From a virus, in IMG/VR virus record IMGVR_UViG_3300041411_000074, positions 25,365-89,364 of that record: DNA of 64,000 nucleotides; one strand, written 5' to 3'. Positions 28,365 through 38,601 of the stretch are shown one piece after another; position 1 is the first letter of the stretch; every line of letters starts with the position of its first letter. The notes under the pieces were generated by a model, which worked only from the letters and a program-made list of their open reading frames with translations, was not told where the DNA came from and did no database searches. Both the position numbers and the translations under genes were made by a program.

Positions 28365-30476
28365 ATGCTAGGCGAAAATGAGATTATTCTGGACATTGAG
28401 GCAGATGGATTTATTTTTGAATCCACGAAGGTTTGGACTGTATGTGCAACAAACATCCAAAGTGGTGAAAAGATTAAGGTAAATCCCTTTAAAGATGAAT
28501 CTGCCAAGAGTCAGCTAATCTCATTCATCTTTAAAAAACCTAATCCAACTATTGGCTTTCACTTCGGTCTGGGCTATGACATGTTCGTTCTTCAGAACTT
28601 GTTGGATATTAAGTTCACAGTTGGTAAAGACACAATTGAAGGTCAACCTGTTCAGTTTGTCGATACACTTTATTTGAGTATGTTCCTCAATCCTGATCGT
28701 ATCGGACATAGTGTTGAAGCCTTTGGTGAAGTTCTCGGATTGCCTAAAATTGATTGGCGAGAAAAAGCAATTGAACTGGGACTAATTGAACGTAACGCAC
28801 CAAAAGGTGCTGAGTTTATGCAGTGGCATCCAGAAATGGACGTGTACTGTGAACGTGACGTTGATGTAAACGTAATGTTGTATCAATATCTTCAAAAGGA
28901 ATGGCAGGAGGTTTACGGGAAACCTTTCAGCATTACTGATGCTTACAAATGTGGACAGAAGTCTTTCTATTTAATGTCTTGTCAGGAACTTACAGGATTT
29001 AAGTTTGATGTTGAAGGTGGTATTAAGCTTAAGGAACGGATTGGTGTAATGATGGAAGAGATCCGGGCAGAGGTAGAGCCTAAACTTCCTCCTCGTGCAT
29101 TGAAGAAGTCCGAAGAAAAGTATTACAGTATGCCCGCTAAGCCATGGAAAAAATCAGGAGACTTCTCGTCGTCTTGGGAAAAGTTTGTAGAAAAGCACAA
29201 TGGTGTTTTAGATACCAACACAGGTTTGTGGGACTTCTATGGTGAAAAGTATCCAGTAGTGGCAGGAGCTATGCTGAATATTAAGTTGCCAATGGAGATG
29301 GCTAACCAAGATCAGATGAAAGATTGGTTTCTTGAACAGGGTTGGAAACCTTCGCTGTGGAATTTCCAACGTGGGCCTGATGGTAAGCCAATGCGAGATC
29401 CTAAGACACGCCAACTTATCCAAACAAGTCCTAAGATTCAGGAACAGGGTAAGATTTGCCCCAATCTCATGAAGTTGGAAGGTGATATTGTTAAACAAGT
29501 TGTGAAGTGGCTGAGCTTGCGTAACCGACAATCTGTATTGGAGGGCTGGCTTACAAATGATCGCCTGCAAATGGATGGGCGTATTGGTGCAGGGCGTACA
29601 GGTATTGCTGCGACACATCGCCAAAAGCATCGTACTTGCGTAAACGTCCCGAAGGCTTCTGAGAAGGTTTTGCTTGGCAAAGAGTTCCGTTCTCTGTGGA
29701 TTTCGGGAGATGGGATGCTTATTGCTGCCGGGGATGCCGCTGCGTTAGAGGGACGAGTTCAGGGGCACTATTGCTATAAATATGATGATGGAGCAACGGC
29801 TGAAGAATTGTTGAAAGGCGATGTGCACAGTAAGAATGCGTTTGCTTTCTTTGGACATGAATCTGAAATCCAACAATTTGATTTGCACAGCCCTGACTTT
29901 AATAAAGAACATCCTAAATTCAAGCCTTTCCGAGATAAGAGTAAAAACGGATATTATGCCTGTATGTATGGCTGTGCTGGCCCTAAATTAGCCAGTACAT
30001 TAGGCTTGCCAGTTAAGATGGGAAATGATAAACTTGAGGCATTCTGGGATGCTAATCCAGCCACTAAGGCACTCAAAGAGAACCTAGAAAAGTATTGGAC
30101 AAGTACAGGACGTGAGAAGTATCTTCCTGCGATTGATGGCCGTATGCTTTGCACTCGCAAGAAGTCTGCACTGCTTAATACAATTTTCCAAAGTTGTGGT
30201 GGTATTTCAATGGATTATGCGCTATGCTTTATGGACGCTTGGCTTGGTGGTTTGAAGTGGAAAGATCGTAAACCTTACTACATCTACAAAGGTCATGTAG
30301 TGATGCGTGTTTGCTATCAACACGATGAGGTAGAATTTGAGTGTGAGGAAGAAATTGCAGAGGAAATTTCTCGAATGATTGAAAAAGCTATTGAAAAAGC
30401 TGGACTCTATTTGAAACTTAAAGTACCATTAGCGGGCGAAGGCAAGACGGGAAAATCGTGGTGCGAAGTGCATTGA
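28365..30476 (+). CDS. Family A DNA polymerase with 3'-5' exonuclease
   Basis: ExoI DIEAD, ExoIII YCERDV, motif A DAAALEGR, motif B RDKSKNGYYACMYG, motif C HDE. Confidence 0.95.
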   Translation: MLGENEIILDIEADGFIFESTKVWTVCATNIQSGEKIKVNPFKDESAKSQLISFIFKKPNPTIGFHFGLGYDMFVLQNLLDIKFTVGKDTIEGQPVQFVDTLYLSMFLNPDRIGHSVEAFGEVLGLPKIDWREKAIELGLIERNAPKGAEFMQWHPEMDVYCERDVDVNVMLYQYLQKEWQEVYGKPFSITDAYKCGQKSFYLMSCQELTGFKFDVEGGIKLKERIGVMMEEIRAEVEPKLPPRALKKSEEKYYSMPAKPWKKSGDFSSSWEKFVEKHNGVLDTNTGLWDFYGEKYPVVAGAMLNIKLPMEMANQDQMKDWFLEQGWKPSLWNFQRGPDGKPMRDPKTRQLIQTSPKIQEQGKICPNLMKLEGDIVKQVVKWLSLRNRQSVLEGWLTNDRLQMDGRIGAGRTGIAATHRQKHRTCVNVPKASEKVLLGKEFRSLWISGDGMLIAAGDAAALEGRVQGHYCYKYDDGATAEELLKGDVHSKNAFAFFGHESEIQQFDLHSPDFNKEHPKFKPFRDKSKNGYYACMYGCAGPKLASTLGLPVKMGNDKLEAFWDANPATKALKENLEKYWTSTGREKYLPAIDGRMLCTRKKSALLNTIFQSCGGISMDYALCFMDAWLGGLKWKDRKPYYIYKGHVVMRVCYQHDEVEFECEEEIAEEISRMIEKAIEKAGLYLKLKVPLAGEGKTGKSWCEVH

Positions 30477-30566
30477 TCTGGAAAAGAAATTGAAAATACC
30501 GCTGTACAAACCCAATAAATCATGCGAGAATAGATAGTACAAATTAAATTGTAAAGGAGAGAAATA

Positions 30567-30950
30567 ATGAAATTTAAAAGTGGCGACAAGGTTGTACGGA
30601 TTAAGTCTGATTGGGATGTGGTTCGTGTTGGTGGAGTTTATATTGTTCGATATCAGGAGACTGATGGTGTATACTTGAGTGATCTGCAAGGTAAGGTACT
30701 TGTAGGCTGTTATGATCCGGCATACTTTCAGCTTCTTGTAGAAGTGTCAGCTACGCCAGTAACACCAAACTACGCAGCAGCCTTCAATACTTGGATGGAC
30801 GACTATGTGAACAATCCACAAGCATACGAGAATTCCCATGAAAGTGCAGTACGCCATTTGAAAGAGAAGCTTAATGGTGAAGAGCCGTCTTATGGTGAAG
30901 TTTGTGCAGAAGTGCTTGTAAATTATATTAATAAATTGGAGAATAAATAA
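30567..30950 (+). CDS. Hypothetical protein
   Basis: AGGAG RBS; SH3-like FKSGDKV start. Confidence 0.75.
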   Translation: MKFKSGDKVVRIKSDWDVVRVGGVYIVRYQETDGVYLSDLQGKVLVGCYDPAYFQLLVEVSATPVTPNYAAAFNTWMDDYVNNPQAYENSHESAVRHLKEKLNGEEPSYGEVCAEVLVNYINKLENK

Positions 30951-31121
30951 TGAAAACTATCTATACCTATCTCGTAGCAGATGACAGCAACGTATATGCT
31001 GAAACAAATACACGCGAAGATGCAAGGAATTACTTGCGTGATATTAAAGCAACAGGTAATAAAGCTGTTAAGATATTCCGTGAAGAATACGTTCGTATTG
31101 CTTATACACAGGTACGTTAAC

Positions 31122-31388
31122 ATGGGAAAGATTACCATACGTGAAACAAGCTCTGTTGATAACGGAACTTCCTCTTCACACTCAGAAGTAGAGTATATCT
31201 TTGAGGATAGCTCGGATTACTTCGCTTGGAGTGAGCAGAAAGCAGAAGCTATTAACAACGCTGTTAAAGCTTATGTTGGTGGCTTGGATTTTGGTAGTGC
31301 ATTTGAAACACCACTTGAGGAAGAGTCAGCAGATAACGTGACAGAGATTAAAGTGGCTAAGAAGATTAAAGAGCCGACTAAGCATTAA
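31122..31388 (+). CDS. Acidic hypothetical protein
   Basis: Internal ATG of the 135-aa ORF. Confidence 0.6.
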   Translation: MGKITIRETSSVDNGTSSSHSEVEYIFEDSSDYFAWSEQKAEAINNAVKAYVGGLDFGSAFETPLEEESADNVTEIKVAKKIKEPTKH

Positions 31389-31402
31389 TTAAGGAGAAAT
31401 GT

Positions 31403-31744
31403 GTGTTTAATTATAGTCCTGATGAAACAAAGATTTTGATTGATGGGAAGAAGATTGAAGGCTTGGCTAACAAGTTTCTGACTAACGCAAGCGGACGAGG
31501 CTTTACGCTCACCCTACATGGTGGTAGTCAGTGGCATAAATATCTTGACGGTCTTGTGTTCAGCAAGTACAGTAAAACTGTTAATGTATCTGTGGAAATT
31601 GCTTTGACTGATGAAGACGTGCAGTCCGACTTGTTCGATATTAAAGGTGACTTTATTTTGGTCAGTTGGAGTTACAATCTTAGTTCGGAAACTTTCCCAG
31701 AAGTAAGTTATAGCTTTGTGCATAACAGTCCAATCTATAGTTAA
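31403..31744 (+). CDS. Truncated tail-tube-like paralogue in the replication block
   Basis: YSPDE...GLA, TLTLHGGS...L..L and DLF motifs align with the tube-family proteins at 56658-58243. Confidence 0.6.
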   Translation: MFNYSPDETKILIDGKKIEGLANKFLTNASGRGFTLTLHGGSQWHKYLDGLVFSKYSKTVNVSVEIALTDEDVQSDLFDIKGDFILVSWSYNLSSETFPEVSYSFVHNSPIYS

Positions 31745-31823
31745 AAAGAATTTGTCGAAAGACAGATACATCCTCACAATAATGTGAACATGTAAATATA
31801 CACAACTTAATAGAGAAAATTAA

Positions 31824-32522
31824 ATGACTAACAAAACAGAAGTAATTGTACGTGACTTACCTAAATCGGGCACTCTGGAGACAGCTAACGTTTATATCAA
31901 GAATGCTGTAGTTTACTATGCAGCAGTACATGAACCAAAGCTTAAATATCAATCTGTAGACAAAGAGTTTAGTGCAACAGTCTTCGTAGATGAAGAAGCC
32001 AAGGATCGTTTGCTGGACGAAGTAATGGTTAACAAATCCTTCTCCCAAGTAGGCATCACCAAAACTAGCAAGCCACCTCGGAAGATCAAGTTTGCCTTGT
32101 CTTCGCAAGTTGAAGAAGGTAAAGCTAATTATGATCTGGTAGATGGTTTGTGGGGATTTAACATTGCCAAGCCTGAGTTTAGTAAGAAGGGTTTGCCGAT
32201 GAACGTCAACGTGATTGATGCAGAAGGTAATGCGTTCACTGAGAACGTGGGCAATGGCTCGGTAGTTAACCTGAAGTTGTTCGGATATAAGAATCAGGAC
32301 GGTCAACTCACTGTTACATTGGACACTGTTCAAGTAGTAGAGCACGTAGCTTATGAAGGCAAAGGTTCGTCTGATTCGGTTGATGATGATGTCTTGGGTG
32401 TTAGTTATAAGGTGAAGAAGACTGAGGCTAAGCCTGCTGAAGAGGAAGTTCCAGCACCGAAGGTCAAGGCTGCTCCGCAACCTGAACCAGAGGACGAAGA
32501 ACTGGGTGACTTGCCTTTTTGA
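31824..32522 (+). CDS. Single-stranded DNA-binding protein (T7 gp2.5-like)
   Basis: VGNGS.V motif, acidic tail ending DLPF, replication context. Confidence 0.8.
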   Translation: MTNKTEVIVRDLPKSGTLETANVYIKNAVVYYAAVHEPKLKYQSVDKEFSATVFVDEEAKDRLLDEVMVNKSFSQVGITKTSKPPRKIKFALSSQVEEGKANYDLVDGLWGFNIAKPEFSKKGLPMNVNVIDAEGNAFTENVGNGSVVNLKLFGYKNQDGQLTVTLDTVQVVEHVAYEGKGSSDSVDDDVLGVSYKVKKTEAKPAEEEVPAPKVKAAPQPEPEDEELGDLPF

Positions 32523-32587
32523 TCTAAGGAATTCTGCACAAGGATGTGCAACCATTTAAAACAAATTAATTTAGTAGGAGAAATAAT

Positions 32588-32836
32588 ATGAAAGAGCGTC
32601 AATCCCTCTACAGCCGTGCGTATCAATTGGCTCAAGAAGCAATCACCAATAAAGAAGATGTAAAAGAACTTGCTGGTGAATTTACATACGATAAAGAATA
32701 TAACACTGACGGCTTTGATAAAGTCGAAGTAAAGAATATTGTTAAAGCAGCACAAGCAAAAGCCAAGCAAGACAATCTTGCAGAGAAGGTTGAAGAACTG
32801 AATAAACTTCAACAGATTCAAGAAGCTTATAGCTGA
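32588..32836 (+). CDS. Small dsDNA-binding protein (T4 DsbA/GapR-like)
   Basis: EDVKEL...GFDK..V..IVK helical pattern. Confidence 0.5.
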   Translation: MKERQSLYSRAYQLAQEAITNKEDVKELAGEFTYDKEYNTDGFDKVEVKNIVKAAQAKAKQDNLAEKVEELNKLQQIQEAYS

Positions 32837-32853
32837 GCAATTAAGTTCAAATA

Positions 32854-32879
32854 GCCGGTGAAATATCCGGCTTTCTTTT
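32854..32879 (+). terminator. Rho-independent terminator
   Basis: agccgg-tgaaatat-ccggct-ttctttt. Confidence 0.7.
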
Positions 32880-32896
32880 ACCAACGGAGTATTATT

Positions 32897-33190
32897 ATGG
32901 GTGTCGAGTATTCAGCACGGATTCTTGTTGGACTTCCCCACGAAGATCTTGAAGAATTCTTACAGGATGTAGAAGATCATTATGATGTGGGGTTGTATGT
33001 TTGCAGTCCGTATTACGATGCAAGCTATGGAGATTCCTTGTTTGGTGTTCTTGTAGAGCACTGTGATGATTTTAGTTATACAGAAATTGATGAGTTTAAT
33101 TGGTCAGAGAAAGTCTGTAAAGCACATCAAGAGTTTACAAAGATCACTGGTAAGAAGGGTGTGCTGTTCCTCTCTACTTACGGGAGTTGA
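32897..33190 (+). CDS. Hypothetical protein
   Basis: GGAG RBS, MGVEYSARILVG. Confidence 0.7.
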   Translation: MGVEYSARILVGLPHEDLEEFLQDVEDHYDVGLYVCSPYYDASYGDSLFGVLVEHCDDFSYTEIDEFNWSEKVCKAHQEFTKITGKKGVLFLSTYGS

Positions 33191-33191
33191 A

Positions 33192-34190
33192 ATGACAAAA
33201 CTAACATCAATAATTGACCTAGATTACGTAAAGTACGCTTCTGCATCAGTTGGTGAAAAACGTTCTATTGTTGTCACACACAAAGCTTCGGGACGTGAAA
33301 AGGAGTTTTCCACTAGAACTGAATTCTACGGACGGGATAAAGCAAAATCCGGTGGATGGCTTGGGGAACTAAACGCTAAACGTGAAAGTCCATTTACTGT
33401 AGATGAGTTTGATATTATTGATCGTCAAGTTGCTGAGCCAGTTGATCACGTATTGCAAATTGCAAAGACTCAAGTTGAAGGTGATCTAAAAAGACTTGGT
33501 ACAAATAAATACAAAGCTTTCTTGGGCAAGGGTGATAGCTTTCGTGTTGAACTGTCTACACTGAAGAAGTATAAAGATAATCGAAAAGATATGCTTCGCC
33601 CCTTGCACATGGATGCAGTTACAGAGTATCTTGAACGTAAGTTTAAAGCTGAGATTGTCACAGGGATTGAGGCTGATGATCGTTGTGTAATTGAAGCTTA
33701 CAATAATCCTAATGCTGTGATTCAGGGGTTAGATAAAGATTACTATGGACAACCCGTCAAGTTCTTTAACGTCAATCGACCAGAAGAAGGTATTCAAGAC
33801 TGCAATCAGTTTGGTAGCTTGTGGTTAGATGATAAAGGAGATGTTCGTGGCATTGGACGTATGCACCTTTATTGGCAAGTAGGTAGTAATGATACATCCG
33901 ATAACTATGCTGCAAACTGCTTCTCAGACATTAAATGGGCAGGAAAATCAGCCTATAAAAGCTTAGTAGAAGCTAAGACAGACAGTGAGGCATGGGAGAA
34001 GCTTAAAGAGGTTTTCCAGCATCTTTACCCCGAAGATAAGACTGTTTTAGGCTGGAGAAATGACTCTATCAACATCACTTGGGATTATGTTTTGAATGAA
34101 TGCTTCATGATGGCTAGGATGTTGAAGGTTGAAGGTGAAAATATTAATGCTTATGATGTGATGGATAAATTGGGTGTAAGTTATGCTTAA
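33192..34190 (+). CDS. 5'-3' exonuclease (T7 gp6/RNase H-like)
   Basis: IDLD, FR...KYK.NR, EADD, DKD, D..DNY motifs. Confidence 0.9.
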   Translation: MTKLTSIIDLDYVKYASASVGEKRSIVVTHKASGREKEFSTRTEFYGRDKAKSGGWLGELNAKRESPFTVDEFDIIDRQVAEPVDHVLQIAKTQVEGDLKRLGTNKYKAFLGKGDSFRVELSTLKKYKDNRKDMLRPLHMDAVTEYLERKFKAEIVTGIEADDRCVIEAYNNPNAVIQGLDKDYYGQPVKFFNVNRPEEGIQDCNQFGSLWLDDKGDVRGIGRMHLYWQVGSNDTSDNYAANCFSDIKWAGKSAYKSLVEAKTDSEAWEKLKEVFQHLYPEDKTVLGWRNDSINITWDYVLNECFMMARMLKVEGENINAYDVMDKLGVSYA

Positions 34191-34737
34191 GGAGCCTTGG
34201 CTAACCCCAGAAGGGATGAAGATATGGAAAACTGAATCCCAATACTGGAACTGGTTGCGTGGCTCACTTCGAAGATTATGGGGTGATTATCCTCTACGCA
34301 AAGAGTGGAAAGCTAGACAACTACGTTTAATTACACCAGAAGAGAAAGCTAGTAAACTGTTTCATCCATCAACAAAGAATCTTGGACAATGTTTTTATTG
34401 TAAGCAATGGTTTGCAGGGAGTAAACTTGAGTGTGACCATAAAACACCATCTGACGGCTGTAGATCAAAAGAGACAGCAGAATCATTCTTGTGGTATTGT
34501 GGAGGTGGTGTAGGAGATGAGTGGGTCTTGAGCTGTAAGCCCTGTCACAAAGTTAAGACTCATTCTGAACGTCAAGGGCTGACAATGGATGAGAGTAGAA
34601 TAGACAAAGAAATCATTGCTATCATGAACGCTAAAACAGATAGACAGTGGCTAGAACAACGTAGTATAGTGCCAGCAAGCAATGCTAAGAAAAGACGGCG
34701 GCAAATTGAGGAGGAAATGAAGAATGAAACTGTTTAA
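34183..34737 (+). CDS. HNH endonuclease
   Basis: CFYC...LECDH...CKPCHKVKT. Confidence 0.8.
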   Translation: MLKEPWLTPEGMKIWKTESQYWNWLRGSLRRLWGDYPLRKEWKARQLRLITPEEKASKLFHPSTKNLGQCFYCKQWFAGSKLECDHKTPSDGCRSKETAESFLWYCGGGVGDEWVLSCKPCHKVKTHSERQGLTMDESRIDKEIIAIMNAKTDRQWLEQRSIVPASNAKKRRRQIEEEMKNETV

Positions 34738-35517
34738 ACTTTACTGTGTGGAAAGTCCCGGCTGGGATTGCAATCATGGATTCGTTATAAGGGCAAAAGA
34801 TGAATTGGCTGCACGAGAGCTTGCACAAAATCAAATTTCTGATGAAAAGGGTGGCAGTAAAGAATTCTGGCTAGATTCAAACTTCTCTAGTTGCGAAGAG
34901 ATTAAAGTAAACGGTGATCCTGAAATTATCCTTAATGATTTTAACGCTGGTTAGGAGAACAACAATGACTGACAAGAAACTTAAAGTTAACAATGCAGCG
35001 TACACTGAACTTAGTATTCAAATTGCTGTACTTCAAGCATCTGTGGATAAACTTCTTCAGTTGGCTATGAAGCCTGAGCAAGAGATTACTATTGAACCAC
35101 TTCGTATTAAATCTTTGAAAGACATTATGCCCGAAGACATTGAGAATGCACGACTGTTGTTTAATGATATTGTTCCAACAGATGAAGAATTCTTGGAGAA
35201 TTTCAAATGATTAAAGATTATTGGACAGCAATCTTCTGGTGCGAATTTATCCAGTTTAGTGTTTATTTTAATGTGTGGTGCTCACAATTGGGGATCTAGA
35301 TATGTCAGTTATAGAGATGTTTCCAAAGAAACCAGACACAGAGAAATCACTAGGGCACTCTATCTCTAAGTTAGACTTCTGGAAAGGGAGAAATGAGATT
35401 ATAAGCAGAGATTTCCATTCATTTAGTGTCTACCAAAAACAAGAGACGCTGGACACCGTGCTTGACATCAATAACAAATTGTACCAACTTATTTTAGAAT
35501 TGAAGGGAGAGATTTAA

Positions 35518-36420
35518 TTGAGTGAAGTAGAATGGAAACAACAGGCAATTGAATTAGCAAAGACTGGTAAAAGTTGGAGAAAGATTGCAGAATTGGTAGA
35601 CAAACCACGCTCAACTGTTTCTGATTACTTGCGTAAAGAGTTCAGCCAAGTTGTTGTAGACAACCGTCGTTCTTCAGAAACTTATTCTGTACGAAAGAAC
35701 GATAAAGTTGAACATGACAACAGTCGAATCTTGTTGATCAGTGATTTGCATATTCCTTATCACCACCAAGATGCTATTGCTTTCTTGAAACACTTGAAAG
35801 ATAAATATAACCCAACACGAGTAATCTGTTTAGGGGATGAGGTTGATGGTCACGCCTTGAGCTTCCATGATAGTGATCCAGATTTGCCAAGTGCTGGTGA
35901 CGAAATTCGTCAAGCTTTGCCTGTTATTGCTGAACTATTTAAAATCTTTCCAAAGATGGATATTCTTGAAAGTAATCACGGTAGTTTGGTGTGGCGTAAG
36001 GCTAAAGTATTTGGCATTCCAAAGCACTATATTAAATCTTATAATGAAGTGCTGGGCGTAGACAGCGGTTGGAAATGGAGTTTTGATCTTACTGTAGACT
36101 TACCTAATGGACAGAAATGCTATATGCACCACGGTAAGACAAGTAATATTATTCAACTAAGTCAACAGATGGGCATGAATGCAACTCAAGGCCACTACCA
36201 TGAAACATTCAAGATTGATTATTGGGGCAACAGCACAGGACTTTATTGGGGTATGCAGTGTGGTTGTCTTATTGATGATGACAAACTTGCATTTAATTAT
36301 AACAATGTAAATATTAAAAGGCCGATTATTGGGACAGGGTTGATTATTGACTCTATGCCTGTGTTGGAGCCAATGCGGCTAAACTCAGAAGGAAGGTGGG
36401 TAGGTGCAAAAGTCAATTGA
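35518..36420 (+). CDS. Calcineurin-like metallophosphoesterase with an N-terminal HTH
   Basis: DLH, GDEVD, SNH, HHG, GHYH motifs; SWRKIAELVDKPRSTVSDYL HTH. Confidence 0.88.
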   Translation: MSEVEWKQQAIELAKTGKSWRKIAELVDKPRSTVSDYLRKEFSQVVVDNRRSSETYSVRKNDKVEHDNSRILLISDLHIPYHHQDAIAFLKHLKDKYNPTRVICLGDEVDGHALSFHDSDPDLPSAGDEIRQALPVIAELFKIFPKMDILESNHGSLVWRKAKVFGIPKHYIKSYNEVLGVDSGWKWSFDLTVDLPNGQKCYMHHGKTSNIIQLSQQMGMNATQGHYHETFKIDYWGNSTGLYWGMQCGCLIDDDKLAFNYNNVNIKRPIIGTGLIIDSMPVLEPMRLNSEGRWVGAKVN

Positions 36421-37066
36421 TTTGACAGGAAAGATTTTTGGTAGATGGACAGTTCTTTCCAGGGGTGTGGATTATATTTACCCATCCACCGGTAAGAGGG
36501 CTCTTCGATGGAACTGTCTTTGTATCTGCGGAAAAGAAAAACTGGTGCATGGACCACACCTAAAGAACGGGACTAGTGTAAGCTGTGGGTGTTATAATGT
36601 TGAGCAAAGTTCTACACACGGACTATCCAATATGAGGGCTTACAAAGCATACTGGCACATGGTTAGACGCTGCTCCGAAAATGCATCAGATAAGGACAGA
36701 GAGTGCTATTATGATAAAGGAATTGGTGTTTGTGATCGTTGGCAAGATGTGGTACTATTTGTAGAGGATATGGGAGAGTGTCCTGACGGATTTGAATTAG
36801 AGCGTCTCAATCCGGCTTTGGGTTATTTCCCTGATAATTGCATATGGGCAAATGAGCAGAGACAGGCAGAAAATAGAGGAATGTTTAAAAATAACACATC
36901 GGGTAAAACAGGTGTAAATTTTGATGCGAAACTTGGTAAATGGCGTGCTATTCTACAAAAGAATAAAGTAAGATATGATGGCGGTGTCTACTTAAGTTTT
37001 GAGGCAGCTTGTGATGCAAGGGATAAGTTAGAACTTGAACACCTTGGCTATCTTAAGGAGAATTGA
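36404..37066 (+). CDS. HNH/AP2 putative homing endonuclease
   Basis: DLTGKIFGRWTV, C.CG, SCGC, LERLN..GY.PDNC.WA, NTSG.TGV AP2 domain. Confidence 0.8.
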   Translation: MQKSIDLTGKIFGRWTVLSRGVDYIYPSTGKRALRWNCLCICGKEKLVHGPHLKNGTSVSCGCYNVEQSSTHGLSNMRAYKAYWHMVRRCSENASDKDRECYYDKGIGVCDRWQDVVLFVEDMGECPDGFELERLNPALGYFPDNCIWANEQRQAENRGMFKNNTSGKTGVNFDAKLGKWRAILQKNKVRYDGGVYLSFEAACDARDKLELEHLGYLKEN

Positions 37067-37203
37067 AATCGAAAATTATAAGCTACTAAAAACCGTTGAT
37101 CGGCTTCAGATTGAGGTTGACGGATTGACGAAGGAGCTGTACACTCTCAAACAACAGCAAGCGGACATGATCGAACAAATTAGACGTTTGAAGGAGATGA
37201 ATA

Positions 37204-37710
37204 ATGACGGTAGCGGAAAGTGAGTTTAATATTGGCGATGCTGTAAAGATTAAAGAGTCAGCTTGGGAAGTAAGTTATCCTGCACTTACTCAGTTTGGTT
37301 TCAAACGTGATGCTATTTATGAAGTTAGCGGCGTTTATCCAAATCGTGGTATTTCATTAGTGGGTAATACACGGATTTATTATCCTTATTATTTTGAGGT
37401 GAGTAGTTCCAACATGATCCAATCGAAGGAAGAGGCAGAACACACCGGCGGTTCTGTAAACTACTACAAAGTTCACGTAGCTAATCCTACAACGCTTCCT
37501 GAAGCTTATGATGCTGAAGCCAATGATATTATTGAGTCGCTTGGTTTGACATTCGCTGAAGGGAATTTGTTTAAAGCAATCTGGCGTATGGCCGCTGATC
37601 GTAATGGTAAGAAAAAGAAAGGTAATAACTCTGTCTATGATGCGGAAAAGCTGGTATTCTTTGCAGAACGTGTACTAGTTCAAGAGAAGGCAAAACATGA
37701 GTCAGAGTAA
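37204..37710 (+). CDS. DUF3310/T7 gp1.7-like protein (possible nucleotide kinase)
   Basis: GGSVNYY...EANDIIE.LGL.F.EGN.FKAIWR...D.EK. Confidence 0.55.
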   Translation: MTVAESEFNIGDAVKIKESAWEVSYPALTQFGFKRDAIYEVSGVYPNRGISLVGNTRIYYPYYFEVSSSNMIQSKEEAEHTGGSVNYYKVHVANPTTLPEAYDAEANDIIESLGLTFAEGNLFKAIWRMAADRNGKKKKGNNSVYDAEKLVFFAERVLVQEKAKHESE

Positions 37711-37921
37711 GAAAGATTCCATTAAAGAGGTTGCATGTTCCACAGCCATTGGTATGATTGGAAGCTGGCTTTTGACAATGGGTTGTTTGATGTTCTTCAC
37801 AGGACCAATTGCTATTGCTACCTCGACAACCATCTTATGCACAATCTGGAGTTTGGGACGTGGGTACATTATCCGTCGCCACTTCAATAACAAACAAAAT
37901 GGAGAAACATATGCAAATTGA
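37697..37921 (+). CDS. Small membrane protein
   Basis: QSKKDSIKE...two TMDs...RGYIIRRHFN. Confidence 0.7.
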   Translation: MSQSKKDSIKEVACSTAIGMIGSWLLTMGCLMFFTGPIAIATSTTILCTIWSLGRGYIIRRHFNNKQNGETYAN

Positions 37922-38294
37922 TTACACTCAAATCGCTGCCCTACAAGAACAAATCTATAAAAACAACGTTAAGGCAGGTTGGTGGACTAACCTCACCACA
38001 GGTTTTATCAAGCCCCAGAAAGATGTAACAGAAATTCTGGCTAAGTTGGCTCTTGTACATTCAGAAGTTAGCGAAGCACTTGAAGGCGTACGTAAGAATT
38101 TGATGGACGATAAGCTTCCACATCGTCCAATGGCTGAAGTAGAATGTGCTGATGCGATCATTCGTTTGTTGGATTTGGGTGGTCATGAAGGTTGGGATAT
38201 TGCAGGAGCTATCAAAGAGAAGTTGGCTTACAACGCTATTCGTGAAGATCATAAGATTGAAAATCGTATGACTGAAAACGGTAAGAAGGCTTAA
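37911..38294 (+). CDS. MazG-like nucleotide pyrophosphohydrolase
   Basis: LALVHSEVSEALE...EVECADAIIR.LDL...K..YN..R. Confidence 0.85.
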   Translation: MQIDYTQIAALQEQIYKNNVKAGWWTNLTTGFIKPQKDVTEILAKLALVHSEVSEALEGVRKNLMDDKLPHRPMAEVECADAIIRLLDLGGHEGWDIAGAIKEKLAYNAIREDHKIENRMTENGKKA

Positions 38295-38601
38295 ATGAGT
38301 AAAGCCATGAAATTTGATAAAAATGATCTGTATTTGATTAAAGATTATTTAGAAGAACTCTTGGAAGACTATCAACTTGATAATCCTGACACAATGCAAA
38401 GAGCTATTGAAGTGATTGAGAGACTGATTAAGGAGACGTAGGTGATTCACGCACATGTTCCAACACAACGACCAAAGTTAGTTTGGCAAGATATTATTAA
38501 ATCAAAAGAAGACTATACAAACCTAGCTAAATCAGGCATGATGCATGTGTACTTTCCAGAGATTAGTTGGAAAGAGGTTGAAGAGTATTTGAATAAGGAG
38601 A

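Noticed and set aside
31857-32555. 232-aa - strand ORF
   Set aside because: Antisense shadow of the SSB gene
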